Shown here one piece after another: positions 1-9,276 of a stretch of 64,000 bases of DNA. The notes beneath the pieces were generated by a model. That model did no database searches. It was not told the origin of the DNA and saw only the letters and a list, made by a program, of their open reading frames with translations. Positions within the stretch are counted from its first letter, which is position 1. Each line of letters starts with the position of its first letter. This DNA is from an uncultured Pelagibacteraceae bacterium. Lineage in GTDB: Bacteria; Pseudomonadota; Alphaproteobacteria; Pelagibacterales; AG-422-B15. A program made the translations under genes and the position numbers. Where the stretch lies: assembly GCA_902571005.1 (NCBI GenBank), contig CACGAG010000002.1, positions 4,095-68,094 on the forward strand, read 5' to 3'.

Positions 1-1027
1 CATTGGGTATGTTTACTTTTAATTGTCCAATTTTTGTCCCAGCGGCAACTGGGAAACTTATTTGACTGTCCAGCTCAATACTAAAATCCAAACTCTTATT
101 TTTCGTTTTAGGGACTGTTAAAATTATATCTGACGAGGCACTAACTGATGATAAGGACTCATTTGAACCAGGAATTTTTATTTGATCAATTTCTTGAGAT
201 TTTTTAAATAGTTCAATATTTTCATATTCTCTAAATGCCCAAGTAATAAGTCTTGACGAGCCTTGGGACCTTTTTTGCTGCGAGCTAAAACCATTTGTAA
301 CTGAGATTACTCTGCGATTTCCATCAACAGCAGATGCCGCAAGTCCATATCCTGAAATTGATAGATGACCTGTTTTAAGTCCATCAACACCCATTTTTTT
401 ATATAATAATGGATTTCTATTTTTTTGTTTTATTCCAGACCATTCAAATTCAGTTTCAGCAAATAAATGATAATACTCTGGAAACTCATTGATTAAGTAT
501 TGAGATAAAATTGCAATATCATAAACAGTTGAATAATTATCATTACTATGCATACCTGTTGAGTTAGTAAAATTTGTATTTAACATACCAATTTCTTCAG
601 CTTTGGATGTCATAATAATAGCAAACGCTTCTTCGGATCCTGCAATATTTTCAGCAATAACTATGCAAGCATCATTTCCAGATTGAACAATAATTCCCCG
701 TAATAAGTCTTCAACTCTTATTTCTTTATCTACTTCGACAAACATTGACGAGCCTTCTCGTTCTCTCCAAGCTTTTTCTGAAACCAAAAATTTATCATCT
801 AAAGATAGGGTACCGTTAGATAATTTTTCAAATACTATTAATGTTGTCATGATTTTTGTCATTGAGGCGGGGTAAGTTTTCTTATTCATTTCTTTTTCAA
901 AAAGAACTTTACCTGTAGTAGCATCAATAATTACTGCTGTTTCAGCCTCAGTATCTATAAATGAAGCTTGCGCAAAAGAAATAGGAATAAATATCAGGTA
1001 CAGAATTACTAGTCTAAGTAAAAGCAT
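1..1027 (-). CDS. dacA: D-alanyl-D-alanine carboxypeptidase (PBP5/6 family), 3' end outside window
   Basis: Hand translation from ATG at 1027: MLLLRLVILY...YPASMTKIMT; SxxK, SGN and KTG motifs present; follows rlpA. Confidence 0.9.
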   Translation of the reverse strand, partial: MLLLRLVILYLIFIPISFAQASFIDTEAETAVIIDATTGKVLFEKEMNKKTYPASMTKIMTTLIVFEKLSNGTLSLDDKFLVSEKAWREREGSSMFVEVDKEIRVEDLLRGIIVQSGNDACIVIAENIAGSEEAFAIIMTSKAEEIGMLNTNFTNSTGMHSNDNYSTVYDIAILSQYLINEFPEYYHLFAETEFEWSGIKQKNRNPLLYKKMGVDGLKTGHLSISGYGLAASAVDGNRRVISVTNGFSSQQKRSQGSSRLITWAFREYENIELFKKSQEIDQIKIPGSNESLSSVSASSDIILTVPKTKNKSLDFSIELDSQISFPVAAGTKIGQLKVNIPN

Positions 1028-1036
1028 ATTATCTTT

Positions 1037-1891
1037 TTATATTAAAAATATTGATAAATCTTCATATTTTTTAAATGTGTCATCTTTGAGATCATTGATT
1101 AATTTATTTACGTCTTCATATGGCCCAATAAGTACTCTAAATATTTGAGTACCCCCATTAGTTGTCATGTTATAGACTTTGGCTTTGAAATTCGAAAACT
1201 CATCTAAAACAATTTTTGCGTTTTCAAAAAATGAAAATGTTGCAATATTTAGATATATTTCTTTATATTGTCGTTTCTCTATAGTCTGTATTTCAGATAC
1301 ATTGGTAACAATTTCTAAATTAGAAATTTCATCATCTATCACAACAACATCTGAAATGGGTGCTTCTACCACCTTCTTCTCCTCTTCAAAAGTTTGCGTT
1401 TCAGATAGAATAAAACTTTCGTTTGTATTAATTAGTTCTATCTTCACTAATCCACCTTCGCTATTCAACTTCAACTCTTTAAAAACTCCTGATGATAAAT
1501 TTATTATATGCGTAGATGAATATGCTCCTCTATTGTTAACTCTGACTTTTGTTGTTCTACCATTTTCTAAGTTTGTAACTAAAAGTATTGATGGCAATGG
1601 AAGTGATCTATGAGATCCAGAATGTACGTCATTATGAAAAAATTCCTTATTTGTTGTCAAGTCGCCATTGTTTAATTCAATCTCAATTTCTGCAATTCCT
1701 ACTTCTATAAACGATTTATAATCTCTCGGATAAAACCATTTACCATCAACTTGGTAAGGTTCTTCAATATATTTTTCTATTAAAGAGATATTTTTGTTCT
1801 TATTGTTATCTTCAATTGCTAATGGAACGATATTAACAGCAGCGCATTGTGATAATAAAAGAATTAATAATAAACAAATATATTTCATCAA
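1037..1891 (-). CDS. rlpA: RlpA-family lipoprotein (DPBB + SPOR domain)
   Basis: Signal peptide with Cys, PYQVDGKWFYP, HRSLPLPS..VTNLENGR, C-terminal FRVLIGPY. Confidence 0.85.
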   Translation of the reverse strand: MMKYICLLLILLLSQCAAVNIVPLAIEDNNKNKNISLIEKYIEEPYQVDGKWFYPRDYKSFIEVGIAEIEIELNNGDLTTNKEFFHNDVHSGSHRSLPLPSILLVTNLENGRTTKVRVNNRGAYSSTHIINLSSGVFKELKLNSEGGLVKIELINTNESFILSETQTFEEEKKVVEAPISDVVVIDDEISNLEIVTNVSEIQTIEKRQYKEIYLNIATFSFFENAKIVLDEFSNFKAKVYNMTTNGGTQIFRVLIGPYEDVNKLINDLKDDTFKKYEDLSIFLI

Positions 1892-2919
1892 TGATATTCT
1901 ATCATATCAGAAAGAGTACCAACTGATATTCCAAAAAACAGTGATCTATTCCACTTCATGATCACTTTGAAATTTTCATATACTAAGAATTTTTTTCCGT
2001 CTTCACCTTCAGGAAATACTAAATATGCATCTAAGTTTTTATTTGGAAGTTTATCTCCATTTGCTTTTAAAACTCCTAATTCTGACCATTCAGATAATTT
2101 TCTTGAAATTTCTATTTTTTTTGCAGAAGTAGTAATAAGATCTTTGTTTACAGGCTTGGTAGTAATGACTTCCCTACCCCACGTAAGATTATTATCCCAT
2201 CCTGACCTGCTTAAATAATTAGCGGAAGATGCAAATACATCATCTAACGTGGTCCATATATCTTTTCTTTCATCATTATTGTAATCAATTGCATAACTTA
2301 AAAAACTTGAAGGCATAAATTGGTTTTGACCCATTGCACCTGCCCAAGAACCCATCATGCTCTCTGCATCAATGTGTCCTTCATTAATAATTTTAAGTGC
2401 ATTAATAAGCTCCTCAGTAAAAAAATCTCTTCTACGAAGATCGTGTGATAATGTTGAAAGTGAACGTATTACATTAAACGATCCTGTAAATTTACCAAAA
2501 CTTGTTTCTATGCCCCATAGAGCTAAAAGAAAGCGTGGTTGAACACCAAATTCATTTGAAACTTTTTCTAGAATATTTTTATTTTCTTTATAGAGCTTTT
2601 TTCCCTTTTTAACTCTACTTGCAGGAGTGGTATTAGATAAATATTTCTCAAGTGTAAGAGTAAATTCAGGTTGAGATCTATCGAGTTCTAATACTCTTTC
2701 ATTCTGTGTAATATTCTTAATGCTATTATTTATTGTTTCTTTTGAGATCCCCTCTTTGAGTGCAAGATTTTCAATATAAATAAGCCAATCTTCAAAAGAT
2801 CCTTGTTCATCTGCTTGCAATGAGGATAAATTAATTATAGTAAATACTGTTATTACAGTGAATAAACTAACTAATTTAGAAATATAAATAATTAAATTTG
2901 ATGAAGAAAGTAAAGTCAT
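1888..2919 (-). CDS. mltB: Lytic murein transglycosylase (MltB/SLT_2 family)
   Basis: LALWGIETSFG, GSWAGAMGQNQFMPS, SSANYL motifs. Confidence 0.9.
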   Translation of the reverse strand: MTLLSSSNLIIYISKLVSLFTVITVFTIINLSSLQADEQGSFEDWLIYIENLALKEGISKETINNSIKNITQNERVLELDRSQPEFTLTLEKYLSNTTPASRVKKGKKLYKENKNILEKVSNEFGVQPRFLLALWGIETSFGKFTGSFNVIRSLSTLSHDLRRRDFFTEELINALKIINEGHIDAESMMGSWAGAMGQNQFMPSSFLSYAIDYNNDERKDIWTTLDDVFASSANYLSRSGWDNNLTWGREVITTKPVNKDLITTSAKKIEISRKLSEWSELGVLKANGDKLPNKNLDAYLVFPEGEDGKKFLVYENFKVIMKWNRSLFFGISVGTLSDMIEYH

Positions 2920-3872
2920 TGGTTGATTTAATTGGTAATACTCCGATTGTTCAAGCTAAAAATTTAGACACCGGAAAATGTAATCTTTTTCTTAAAATGG
3001 AAAGCCTTAATCCAGGCTCATCCATAAAGGATAGAGTGGCTCTGAGAATCATTGAGGATGCTGAAGCTCAAGGAAAGTTAAAGAAGGGTTCGACAGTTGT
3101 GGAGGCAACAGCGGGTAATACTGGACTTGGCCTAGCTTTGATAGCTCTCTTAAAGGGATATAAGTCAAAAGTTGTAATTCTTGATAAGATGAACCATAAC
3201 AAAATACTTCATCTTAAATCTCTCGGCGCAGAAGTTATTTTGGCAAGAAGTGATGTGGGACCTGATAGTCCTGAGCATTATGTAAATGTGGCTAAAGAAG
3301 TTGCAAATAATACTCCTGATTCATTTATGGCCAACCAGTTTACAAATATGTCAAATCCCCAGGCTCATGAATATTCAACTGGTCCAGAAATTCTTGATCA
3401 AATGAGTAATGATGTTGATGCTGTTGTTTGTGGGGTTGGTACAGGAGGGACAATTTCAGGCTTAGGTAAATTTTTTTCAGAGCATAGTCCAAAAACCGAA
3501 ATGGTTCTTGCTGATCCAAAGGGTTCAATAGTTAAAGATGCTGTTGAAAATAAACCATTAAAAAAAGCTGACTACTCATGGCTTGTTGAGGGTATAGGTG
3601 AAGATTTCATCCCTGAGACTTTAGAATTAAAGTATATAAAAAAAGCTTATGAAGTTACGAACGAAGAAGCATTTAGCATGATTAGAGAATTGGCTTTGAA
3701 GGAGGGAATTTTGGGAGGCTCATCAAGTGGAACCCTTATTTCAGCGGCAATTAAATATTGCAAGGACCAAGATAAAGAAAAAAATGTAGTTACATTTGTT
3801 TGTGATAATGGTGAAAAATATTTAAATACAGCATATAATGAAGAATGGTTAAAAGAAAAAAATCTTATATAA
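2901..3872 (+). CDS. Cystathionine beta-synthase / cysteine synthase family PLP enzyme
   Basis: IGNTP, NPGSSIKDR (PLP Lys), ATAGNTG, GVGTGGT, VEGIGED. Confidence 0.9.
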   Translation: MKKVKSLVDLIGNTPIVQAKNLDTGKCNLFLKMESLNPGSSIKDRVALRIIEDAEAQGKLKKGSTVVEATAGNTGLGLALIALLKGYKSKVVILDKMNHNKILHLKSLGAEVILARSDVGPDSPEHYVNVAKEVANNTPDSFMANQFTNMSNPQAHEYSTGPEILDQMSNDVDAVVCGVGTGGTISGLGKFFSEHSPKTEMVLADPKGSIVKDAVENKPLKKADYSWLVEGIGEDFIPETLELKYIKKAYEVTNEEAFSMIRELALKEGILGGSSSGTLISAAIKYCKDQDKEKNVVTFVCDNGEKYLNTAYNEEWLKEKNLI

Positions 3873-5011
3873 AGAAAATAAATCAGCTTGATACTTTATC
3901 AGTGCATGCTGGGGTCAAAACAGATCCATTAACCGGAGCCGTAATGACTCCTATTTATGCAACATCCACTTATGCTCACGATAGACCTGGAGAGCATAAA
4001 GGATATGAATATTCAAGAAGCCAAAATCCTACAAGAGAAGTTTTAGAAAATTCAATTGCTGAATTAGAAAGCGGACATAAAGCATTTGCATTTGCTTCAG
4101 GGGTTGCTGCTCAAACAGCGGTTTTAGATCTTTTAAAGCCTGGAGATCATGTAATTGCTTTTGATGACCTATATGGTGGTACTTTTAGGTTGTTTAATGA
4201 AATTAAGAGCAAGTCATCAAATATTGAATTCACATTCGTTGATTTAAATACAAATTTTTCAAAAGAAATTAAAAAGAATACAAAAATGATTTGGATTGAA
4301 ACTCCAACAAATCCACTGCTTAAAATTACGGACTTAAAAAGAATATCCCGTATTGCAAGAAAAAATAAGCTTATAACTGTATGTGATAATACATTTGCCA
4401 CACCTTACAATCAAAGACCGCTAGAGCATGGAATTGACATTGTTAATCACTCGACAACAAAATATATCAATGGCCACTCTGATGTTATTGGTGGAGCCTT
4501 GGTAATTGGAAAGAATAAAAAACTTGAGAAAAAATTAGCCCTAATACAAAATTCTACGGGCGCCGTTCCAAGTCCTTTTGATTGTTTTCTTACTTTGAGA
4601 GGAATTAAAACACTAGCTATTAGAATGAAAAAACATAATGAAAATGGAATTAAAGTAGCTCGCTTTTTAAGATCACATAAAAAAGCGTTAAACGTAACGT
4701 ATCCTGGGTTACCAAATCATAAACAGAAAGATATTGCGCTTAAACAAATGAACGGGTTTGGTGGAATGATCACTTTTATCTATGATGGAAATATGTCAGA
4801 AATATCCAAGTTTATGCGTAAATTAAGAATTTTTACTATAGCTGAGAGTTTGGGGGGAGTTGAGTCTTTAATTGAGTCCCCTGCTTTAATGACACATGCA
4901 TATTTAGACGATAAATCCTTTAATCAAGTGCCCAAAAAGCTAGTCAGATTATCTGTCGGCATAGAAGACAGTGATGATCTTATAGAGGACTTAAATCAAG
5001 CTTTTAAATAA
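3845..5011 (+). CDS. Cystathionine gamma-lyase/gamma-synthase
   Basis: YEYSRSQNPTR, DNTFATP, HSTTKYINGHSD, AESLGGVESL, RLSVGIED. Confidence 0.9.
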   Translation: MVKRKKSYIKKINQLDTLSVHAGVKTDPLTGAVMTPIYATSTYAHDRPGEHKGYEYSRSQNPTREVLENSIAELESGHKAFAFASGVAAQTAVLDLLKPGDHVIAFDDLYGGTFRLFNEIKSKSSNIEFTFVDLNTNFSKEIKKNTKMIWIETPTNPLLKITDLKRISRIARKNKLITVCDNTFATPYNQRPLEHGIDIVNHSTTKYINGHSDVIGGALVIGKNKKLEKKLALIQNSTGAVPSPFDCFLTLRGIKTLAIRMKKHNENGIKVARFLRSHKKALNVTYPGLPNHKQKDIALKQMNGFGGMITFIYDGNMSEISKFMRKLRIFTIAESLGGVESLIESPALMTHAYLDDKSFNQVPKKLVRLSVGIEDSDDLIEDLNQAFK

Positions 5012-5911
5012 TTAATAGGTGCAAATTACAGCATTTATTATAGATGCCATTCTAGATTTTTCATCATCTGATCTACTTGTTATAACAACAGGACTTTTAC
5101 CGCCAATTACAAATCCTCCAGCAGTAGCGTTCGCAAAATGTACAAGGGATTTAACGAGTGCATTTCCTGTTTCTATATTTGGAACAATAATAACATTGGC
5201 ATTTCCTGGAACTATCCCTAGTGTTCCTTTTATTTTTGCTGACTCTTGTGAAATAGCATTATCTAAAGCAAAAGGTCCTTCAACAGGAGTATCTGAATAA
5301 TTAATTTTTGCCCATTCAACGAGATCATGTGCTTCAATAGAGCTTGGCATTTGCTTTAGTTGCTCTTCAGTTGCTGATAAAACGGCAACATATGGATTGA
5401 AAGATGGAATTTTTTTTGTGTACTCGAGAACATTCGATAAAATATATTTTTTAGTTTCTAAGCTTGGTGATATGTTCAAAGCACCATCAGTAATGATAAT
5501 TGGCTGACGCGTGTCATTTGGAAAAGTCATAAACCAAATGTGGCTTAAGCGCTTTCCCCTTATTCTTAAATTATATTCTTTTTTTATATACTCACCCATC
5601 AAAACATCTGTATGAAGATGACCTTTTATGATTATATTGTTTTCTAAACTGGTGTCCCTACTCGCTACTTCACAGGCAATTTTTGATGACTCTTCTTCTG
5701 AATAACTCTCAATTAATTTATCTTTTGATAATGACCATTTATGCTTATCAATAAAGGTAGTCATAAAATCAATATTTCCTATGAGTACTGGATTTATTAA
5801 TTTTTGACTTTCTGCATCCATAATTGTCTTCAGAATTAAATCATTATTGGCATTTGCAACAATACCTAAAGTAATTCTGTTTGTGTCAATATAATCAATG
5901 TTTTGTATCAT
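5012..5911 (-). CDS. Phosphate acetyl/butyryltransferase (PTA/PTB family)
   Basis: IIKGHLHT, RLSHI, ITDGALNISP, EGPFALDNAIS, VVITSRSD. Confidence 0.85.
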   Translation of the reverse strand: MIQNIDYIDTNRITLGIVANANNDLILKTIMDAESQKLINPVLIGNIDFMTTFIDKHKWSLSKDKLIESYSEEESSKIACEVASRDTSLENNIIIKGHLHTDVLMGEYIKKEYNLRIRGKRLSHIWFMTFPNDTRQPIIITDGALNISPSLETKKYILSNVLEYTKKIPSFNPYVAVLSATEEQLKQMPSSIEAHDLVEWAKINYSDTPVEGPFALDNAISQESAKIKGTLGIVPGNANVIIVPNIETGNALVKSLVHFANATAGGFVIGGKSPVVITSRSDDEKSRMASIINAVICTY

Positions 5912-5984
5912 TTTAATAATGTAAATTTTTAATAAAAGTAATCATTAAAGTATTTTTTTAATATAGTATTATAATATACTGATT

Positions 5985-6107
5985 TTACTTAATATTTTTA
6001 AATAAATTAAATAAATACGCTCCCACTATCAAAATCAAAATAATGAATGAAAATGAATAAAATATAAGTGACAGGTCTTGAAATAATGAAATTAAAAATT
6101 CAATCAC
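5985..6107 (-). CDS. Putative 40-aa single-TM microprotein (MIEFLISLFQDLSLIFYSFSFIILILIVGAYLFNLFKNIK)
   Basis: Hand-translated, GTG start; hydrophobic core with basic C-terminus; begins 1 nt after the stop of the upstream sORF. Confidence 0.4.
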   Translation of the reverse strand: MIEFLISLFQDLSLIFYSFSFIILILIVGAYLFNLFKNIK

Positions 6108-6108
6108 T

Positions 6109-6192
6109 TTATGCAAAAATCAGTGTCAATGCCCAATAAAGTAGATATAAGAATGAGATCGTTACTAGGCCACCTATTATCCAGTCTAACAT
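6109..6192 (-). CDS. Putative 27-aa single-TM microprotein (MLDWIIGGLVTISFLYLLYWALTLIFA)
   Basis: Hand-translated; one hydrophobic helix; fills an otherwise atypically long intergenic gap. Confidence 0.5.
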   Translation of the reverse strand: MLDWIIGGLVTISFLYLLYWALTLIFA

Positions 6193-6231
6193 ACGATAAT
6201 TTTAACATAATTTTGCAAATATTACATAAAT

Positions 6232-7422
6232 ATGAATAGAGAATACGATTTAATAATCTATGGGGCATCTGGTTTTACCGGAAGATTAGCTGTTGAGTAC
6301 TTAGATGAAAACTATAGGGACCTAAATTGGGCTATAGCGGGACGTAATGAGGATAAATTAGTCAACATATCCAATAATAGTAAATGTAAACCTGATTATT
6401 TTATTGCAGACAGTGGAGATAGTGAAAATTTACTAAAAATTGCTTCCAAAACGCGTGTTATTGCATCGTTAGCTGGCCCATTTAACAGTTATAGCGATAA
6501 TTTAGTTACACAATGTGTTGAAGCTGGAACTCATTATTTAGACATTACTGGGGAAAATATTTGGGTGCGTGACCTTATTGATAAACATCATGAAGCAGCA
6601 GAAAAAAAGCAAATAAAAATCATTCCATCATGTGGTTACGATTCTATTCCATCAGATATGGGGTGCTTTTACTTGCAAAGAAGTCTCAATCAAGAGCTAC
6701 AGAGAATTGATGGTTATCATCGAGGTAATGGAGGTGTAAGTGGAGGCACAATTGAAAGTGCGTTTTCCATGCGTAACTACAAAAGCAAATATTCAATGGG
6801 GCACCCATTTTTACTCAATTCAAAGGAATATATAAAAACTCAAAATATTTCTGAAAATAAGGATAATTTCAAAATAAAATACATCGATGATATTGAATCA
6901 TGGTCTGCACCCTTTGTTATGGCAATTGCAAACACTAGGGTTGTCAGAAGAAGCTCTGAAATTCACGACAAAAATCAGGCAAGCTATGGAAGTGAATTTA
7001 AATATCAAGAATATATGATGTTAAAAAAATATAGCTCAGCATTTCTTGTAACAGCTGGACTTGCTGTTTTTGGGCTGATGTTAATAAGCCCAATAAGTGG
7101 CCTCTTTAGAAAATTATTTACTAAAGCTGGTAATGGACCTGATAAAAAAACAAGAGAAAATGGTTGGTTTGAGAGTATTTTTATCGGAAAAAATAAAAAT
7201 AACGAAAAATATAAATTGAGGATGTTTTGCAAAGGTGATCCTGGTTATAAATCTACAGCTAAATTAATATGCGAGTCCGCTCTATGTCTTGCATTAAATA
7301 CTGAAAATCTTCCAAATACCAATGCTGGAGGCGTCTTAACCACTTCAACTGGCCTAGGTTTAACATTAATTGATAGATTAAAAAATGCTGACGTTTTATT
7401 TGATGGTCCGAGTAAAATTTAG
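6232..7422 (+). CDS. Saccharopine dehydrogenase-like NAD(P) oxidoreductase
   Basis: IIYGASGFTG, AIAGRN, YLDITGE, CGYDSIPSD, GDPGY..TA. Confidence 0.85.
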   Translation: MNREYDLIIYGASGFTGRLAVEYLDENYRDLNWAIAGRNEDKLVNISNNSKCKPDYFIADSGDSENLLKIASKTRVIASLAGPFNSYSDNLVTQCVEAGTHYLDITGENIWVRDLIDKHHEAAEKKQIKIIPSCGYDSIPSDMGCFYLQRSLNQELQRIDGYHRGNGGVSGGTIESAFSMRNYKSKYSMGHPFLLNSKEYIKTQNISENKDNFKIKYIDDIESWSAPFVMAIANTRVVRRSSEIHDKNQASYGSEFKYQEYMMLKKYSSAFLVTAGLAVFGLMLISPISGLFRKLFTKAGNGPDKKTRENGWFESIFIGKNKNNEKYKLRMFCKGDPGYKSTAKLICESALCLALNTENLPNTNAGGVLTTSTGLGLTLIDRLKNADVLFDGPSKI

Positions 7423-7501
7423 ATTATTAATATAACCCAAAATGGGTATTTATAAACTTTAATTTTAAACCATATTATTAGATAATTAATATAAAGCCCA
7501 A

Positions 7502-7528
7502 TGTAGGTGCGGTTTTTCTGCACCTACA
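7502..7528 (+). other. Stem-loop upstream of the HTH gene
   Basis: TGTAGGTGCGG-TTTTT-CTGCACCTACA inverted repeat. Confidence 0.5.
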
Positions 7529-7555
7529 AATTAAACACTTGGAGAAATCACTAAT

Positions 7556-7840
7556 ATGGTACAGAATGAAACTGGAATGTTTGTCATGCCATATAAAAAA
7601 CTTGATAACAGCAAAACCGATATGGATGAAGAGTTAGTAAATAAAATCAAGGAAATTTCAAAACTTCGAAAATCTATCTCAATAGATTTAAAAACCATCG
7701 CTTCAAAAACAAAAATCTCTACAAATCAACTAAAGAACATTGAATCTTTTAAATTCGATCGCTTGCCTCCAAACCCAATGAGAACAGCTTTTATTGATCA
7801 GTATTGCTCTGAAGTAGAAAAGCTTAATAAAATTTCTTAA
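7556..7840 (+). CDS. Small XRE/RodZ-like helix-turn-helix protein
   Basis: LRKSISIDLKTIASKTKISTNQLKNIE..F..LP....AFI.QY pattern; GGAG RBS. Confidence 0.7.
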   Translation: MVQNETGMFVMPYKKLDNSKTDMDEELVNKIKEISKLRKSISIDLKTIASKTKISTNQLKNIESFKFDRLPPNPMRTAFIDQYCSEVEKLNKIS

Positions 7841-8292
7841 ATATAATTTCTTTTGAGAAGCTTGTTATACAAGTAAGCAAAAGCCACAATTATAAAAGCC
7901 CCAACTGCAACAGGTAAGAAAACAAAGCTTAAAGTCTGACCAGTTAATATAACAATTATTGGATTTGCTCCAGCAGGCGGATGCACGGTATTAGTGATCA
8001 TCATCACAAAAACAGCTAAAGCGACTCCAAAGCCTAATGAGATAAACGTATTACCGAGAAGATGAAAAATAATTACCCCAGATAGTGCTGATAGTATATG
8101 GCCAAGTATTAAATTTTTAGGTTTCGCTAGAGGACTGTCATAAACAGCCATGACTAAAACCATTGATGCGCCAAAGGGCGGTATAAGCCATATCGCACCT
8201 TCAATTGAAGAATTTAAATAGGCTAGGAATCCAATGCATACAAAAGCTCCTAAAGAACTAAATAATGCATTGATCAAAGCTTGTTTATTCAT
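7837..8292 (-). CDS. HPP family membrane protein
   Basis: PFGAS, SPLAKPKN..GH, VHPPAGA. Confidence 0.9.
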   Translation of the reverse strand: MNKQALINALFSSLGAFVCIGFLAYLNSSIEGAIWLIPPFGASMVLVMAVYDSPLAKPKNLILGHILSALSGVIIFHLLGNTFISLGFGVALAVFVMMITNTVHPPAGANPIIVILTGQTLSFVFLPVAVGAFIIVAFAYLYNKLLKRNYI

Positions 8293-8306
8293 TAATTTAA
8301 TTGTCT

Positions 8307-8705
8307 ATGATAAAACTCTATTTGACTACCCTATTTTACTTTTTGATAATCGATACAATCGGTATTCAAACATTTGTTGTACGTATTTATAATAAAAATC
8401 TACCAGATAATTTAAAAATTAATCTCGATATAACCTCTGCTGTAATTTTTTATCTAATATTTGTACTCGGACTTGTTTATTTTGTAGTGGCTCCATTTAA
8501 GAATGCTTCATTAACAAGTGTAATAGTGCCAGCTGCTATGTATGGTCTTGCTACTTATGCAACATACGCACTAACTGTTAAAGCGGTGTTTAATGTATTT
8601 AACTGGACTATTGTTATTTCAGATATCGCATGGGGTATGGCACTCTGCACTGCAATTTCACTACTGACTGTATATACAATCAGCAAGGTTGGATTTCTAA
8701 ATTAA
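8307..8705 (+). CDS. DUF2177-like membrane protein
   Basis: 4 TM; YATYALT, ISDIAWG. Confidence 0.7.
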   Translation: MIKLYLTTLFYFLIIDTIGIQTFVVRIYNKNLPDNLKINLDITSAVIFYLIFVLGLVYFVVAPFKNASLTSVIVPAAMYGLATYATYALTVKAVFNVFNWTIVISDIAWGMALCTAISLLTVYTISKVGFLN

Positions 8706-8748
8706 TTATTGTTTTAAATAATAAATTCAATAAATTGATCTCTTCAAG

Positions 8749-8841
<93 letters not shown>

Positions 8842-8850
8842 GAATTTTTA

Positions 8851-9159
8851 TTAACCTGCTCTATCAGACCTTTTTTGACCAAGACTAGCATCAACCCATG
8901 TTTCATCCATCACGCAAGATGCGGCATCACCTAAATCAAAAAATGCCTTCATTGCCTCTCCCGTAGGCTCAGCTCCAATTCCCCAAGAACCTGTTTCAGC
9001 TTCTACTACAAATGCAACCATATTTGGATTTGGCCAATAGAATTTTGCTGAATGAACTCCATCAGTACTTTTTGCAACCTTACACAAATTCAATGCAGCT
9101 GTTCCCAGTTTATCTCTGCTTGCATTTTCTTGTCTTTCCCATTTGCTTATGTGTAACAT
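8851..9159 (-). CDS. Hypothetical 102-aa soluble protein
   Basis: Strong AAAGGAG RBS; protein-like composition. Confidence 0.75.
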   Translation of the reverse strand: MLHISKWERQENASRDKLGTAALNLCKVAKSTDGVHSAKFYWPNPNMVAFVVEAETGSWGIGAEPTGEAMKAFFDLGDAASCVMDETWVDASLGQKRSDRAG

Positions 9160-9276
9160 GATGTCTCCTTTGTAAAAAAATTATTGATTGAATTTATGTT
9201 AAGTATGAAATTTGAGTTAGTAATTAGTATATTTTAATACTAATACTTATGTATTAATATTTTACGATCTAAATAC

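Noticed and set aside
6109-6192. KdpF annotation for the 27-aa sORF
   Set aside because: Lacks the C-terminal PE(R/K)F motif; no kdpABC nearby
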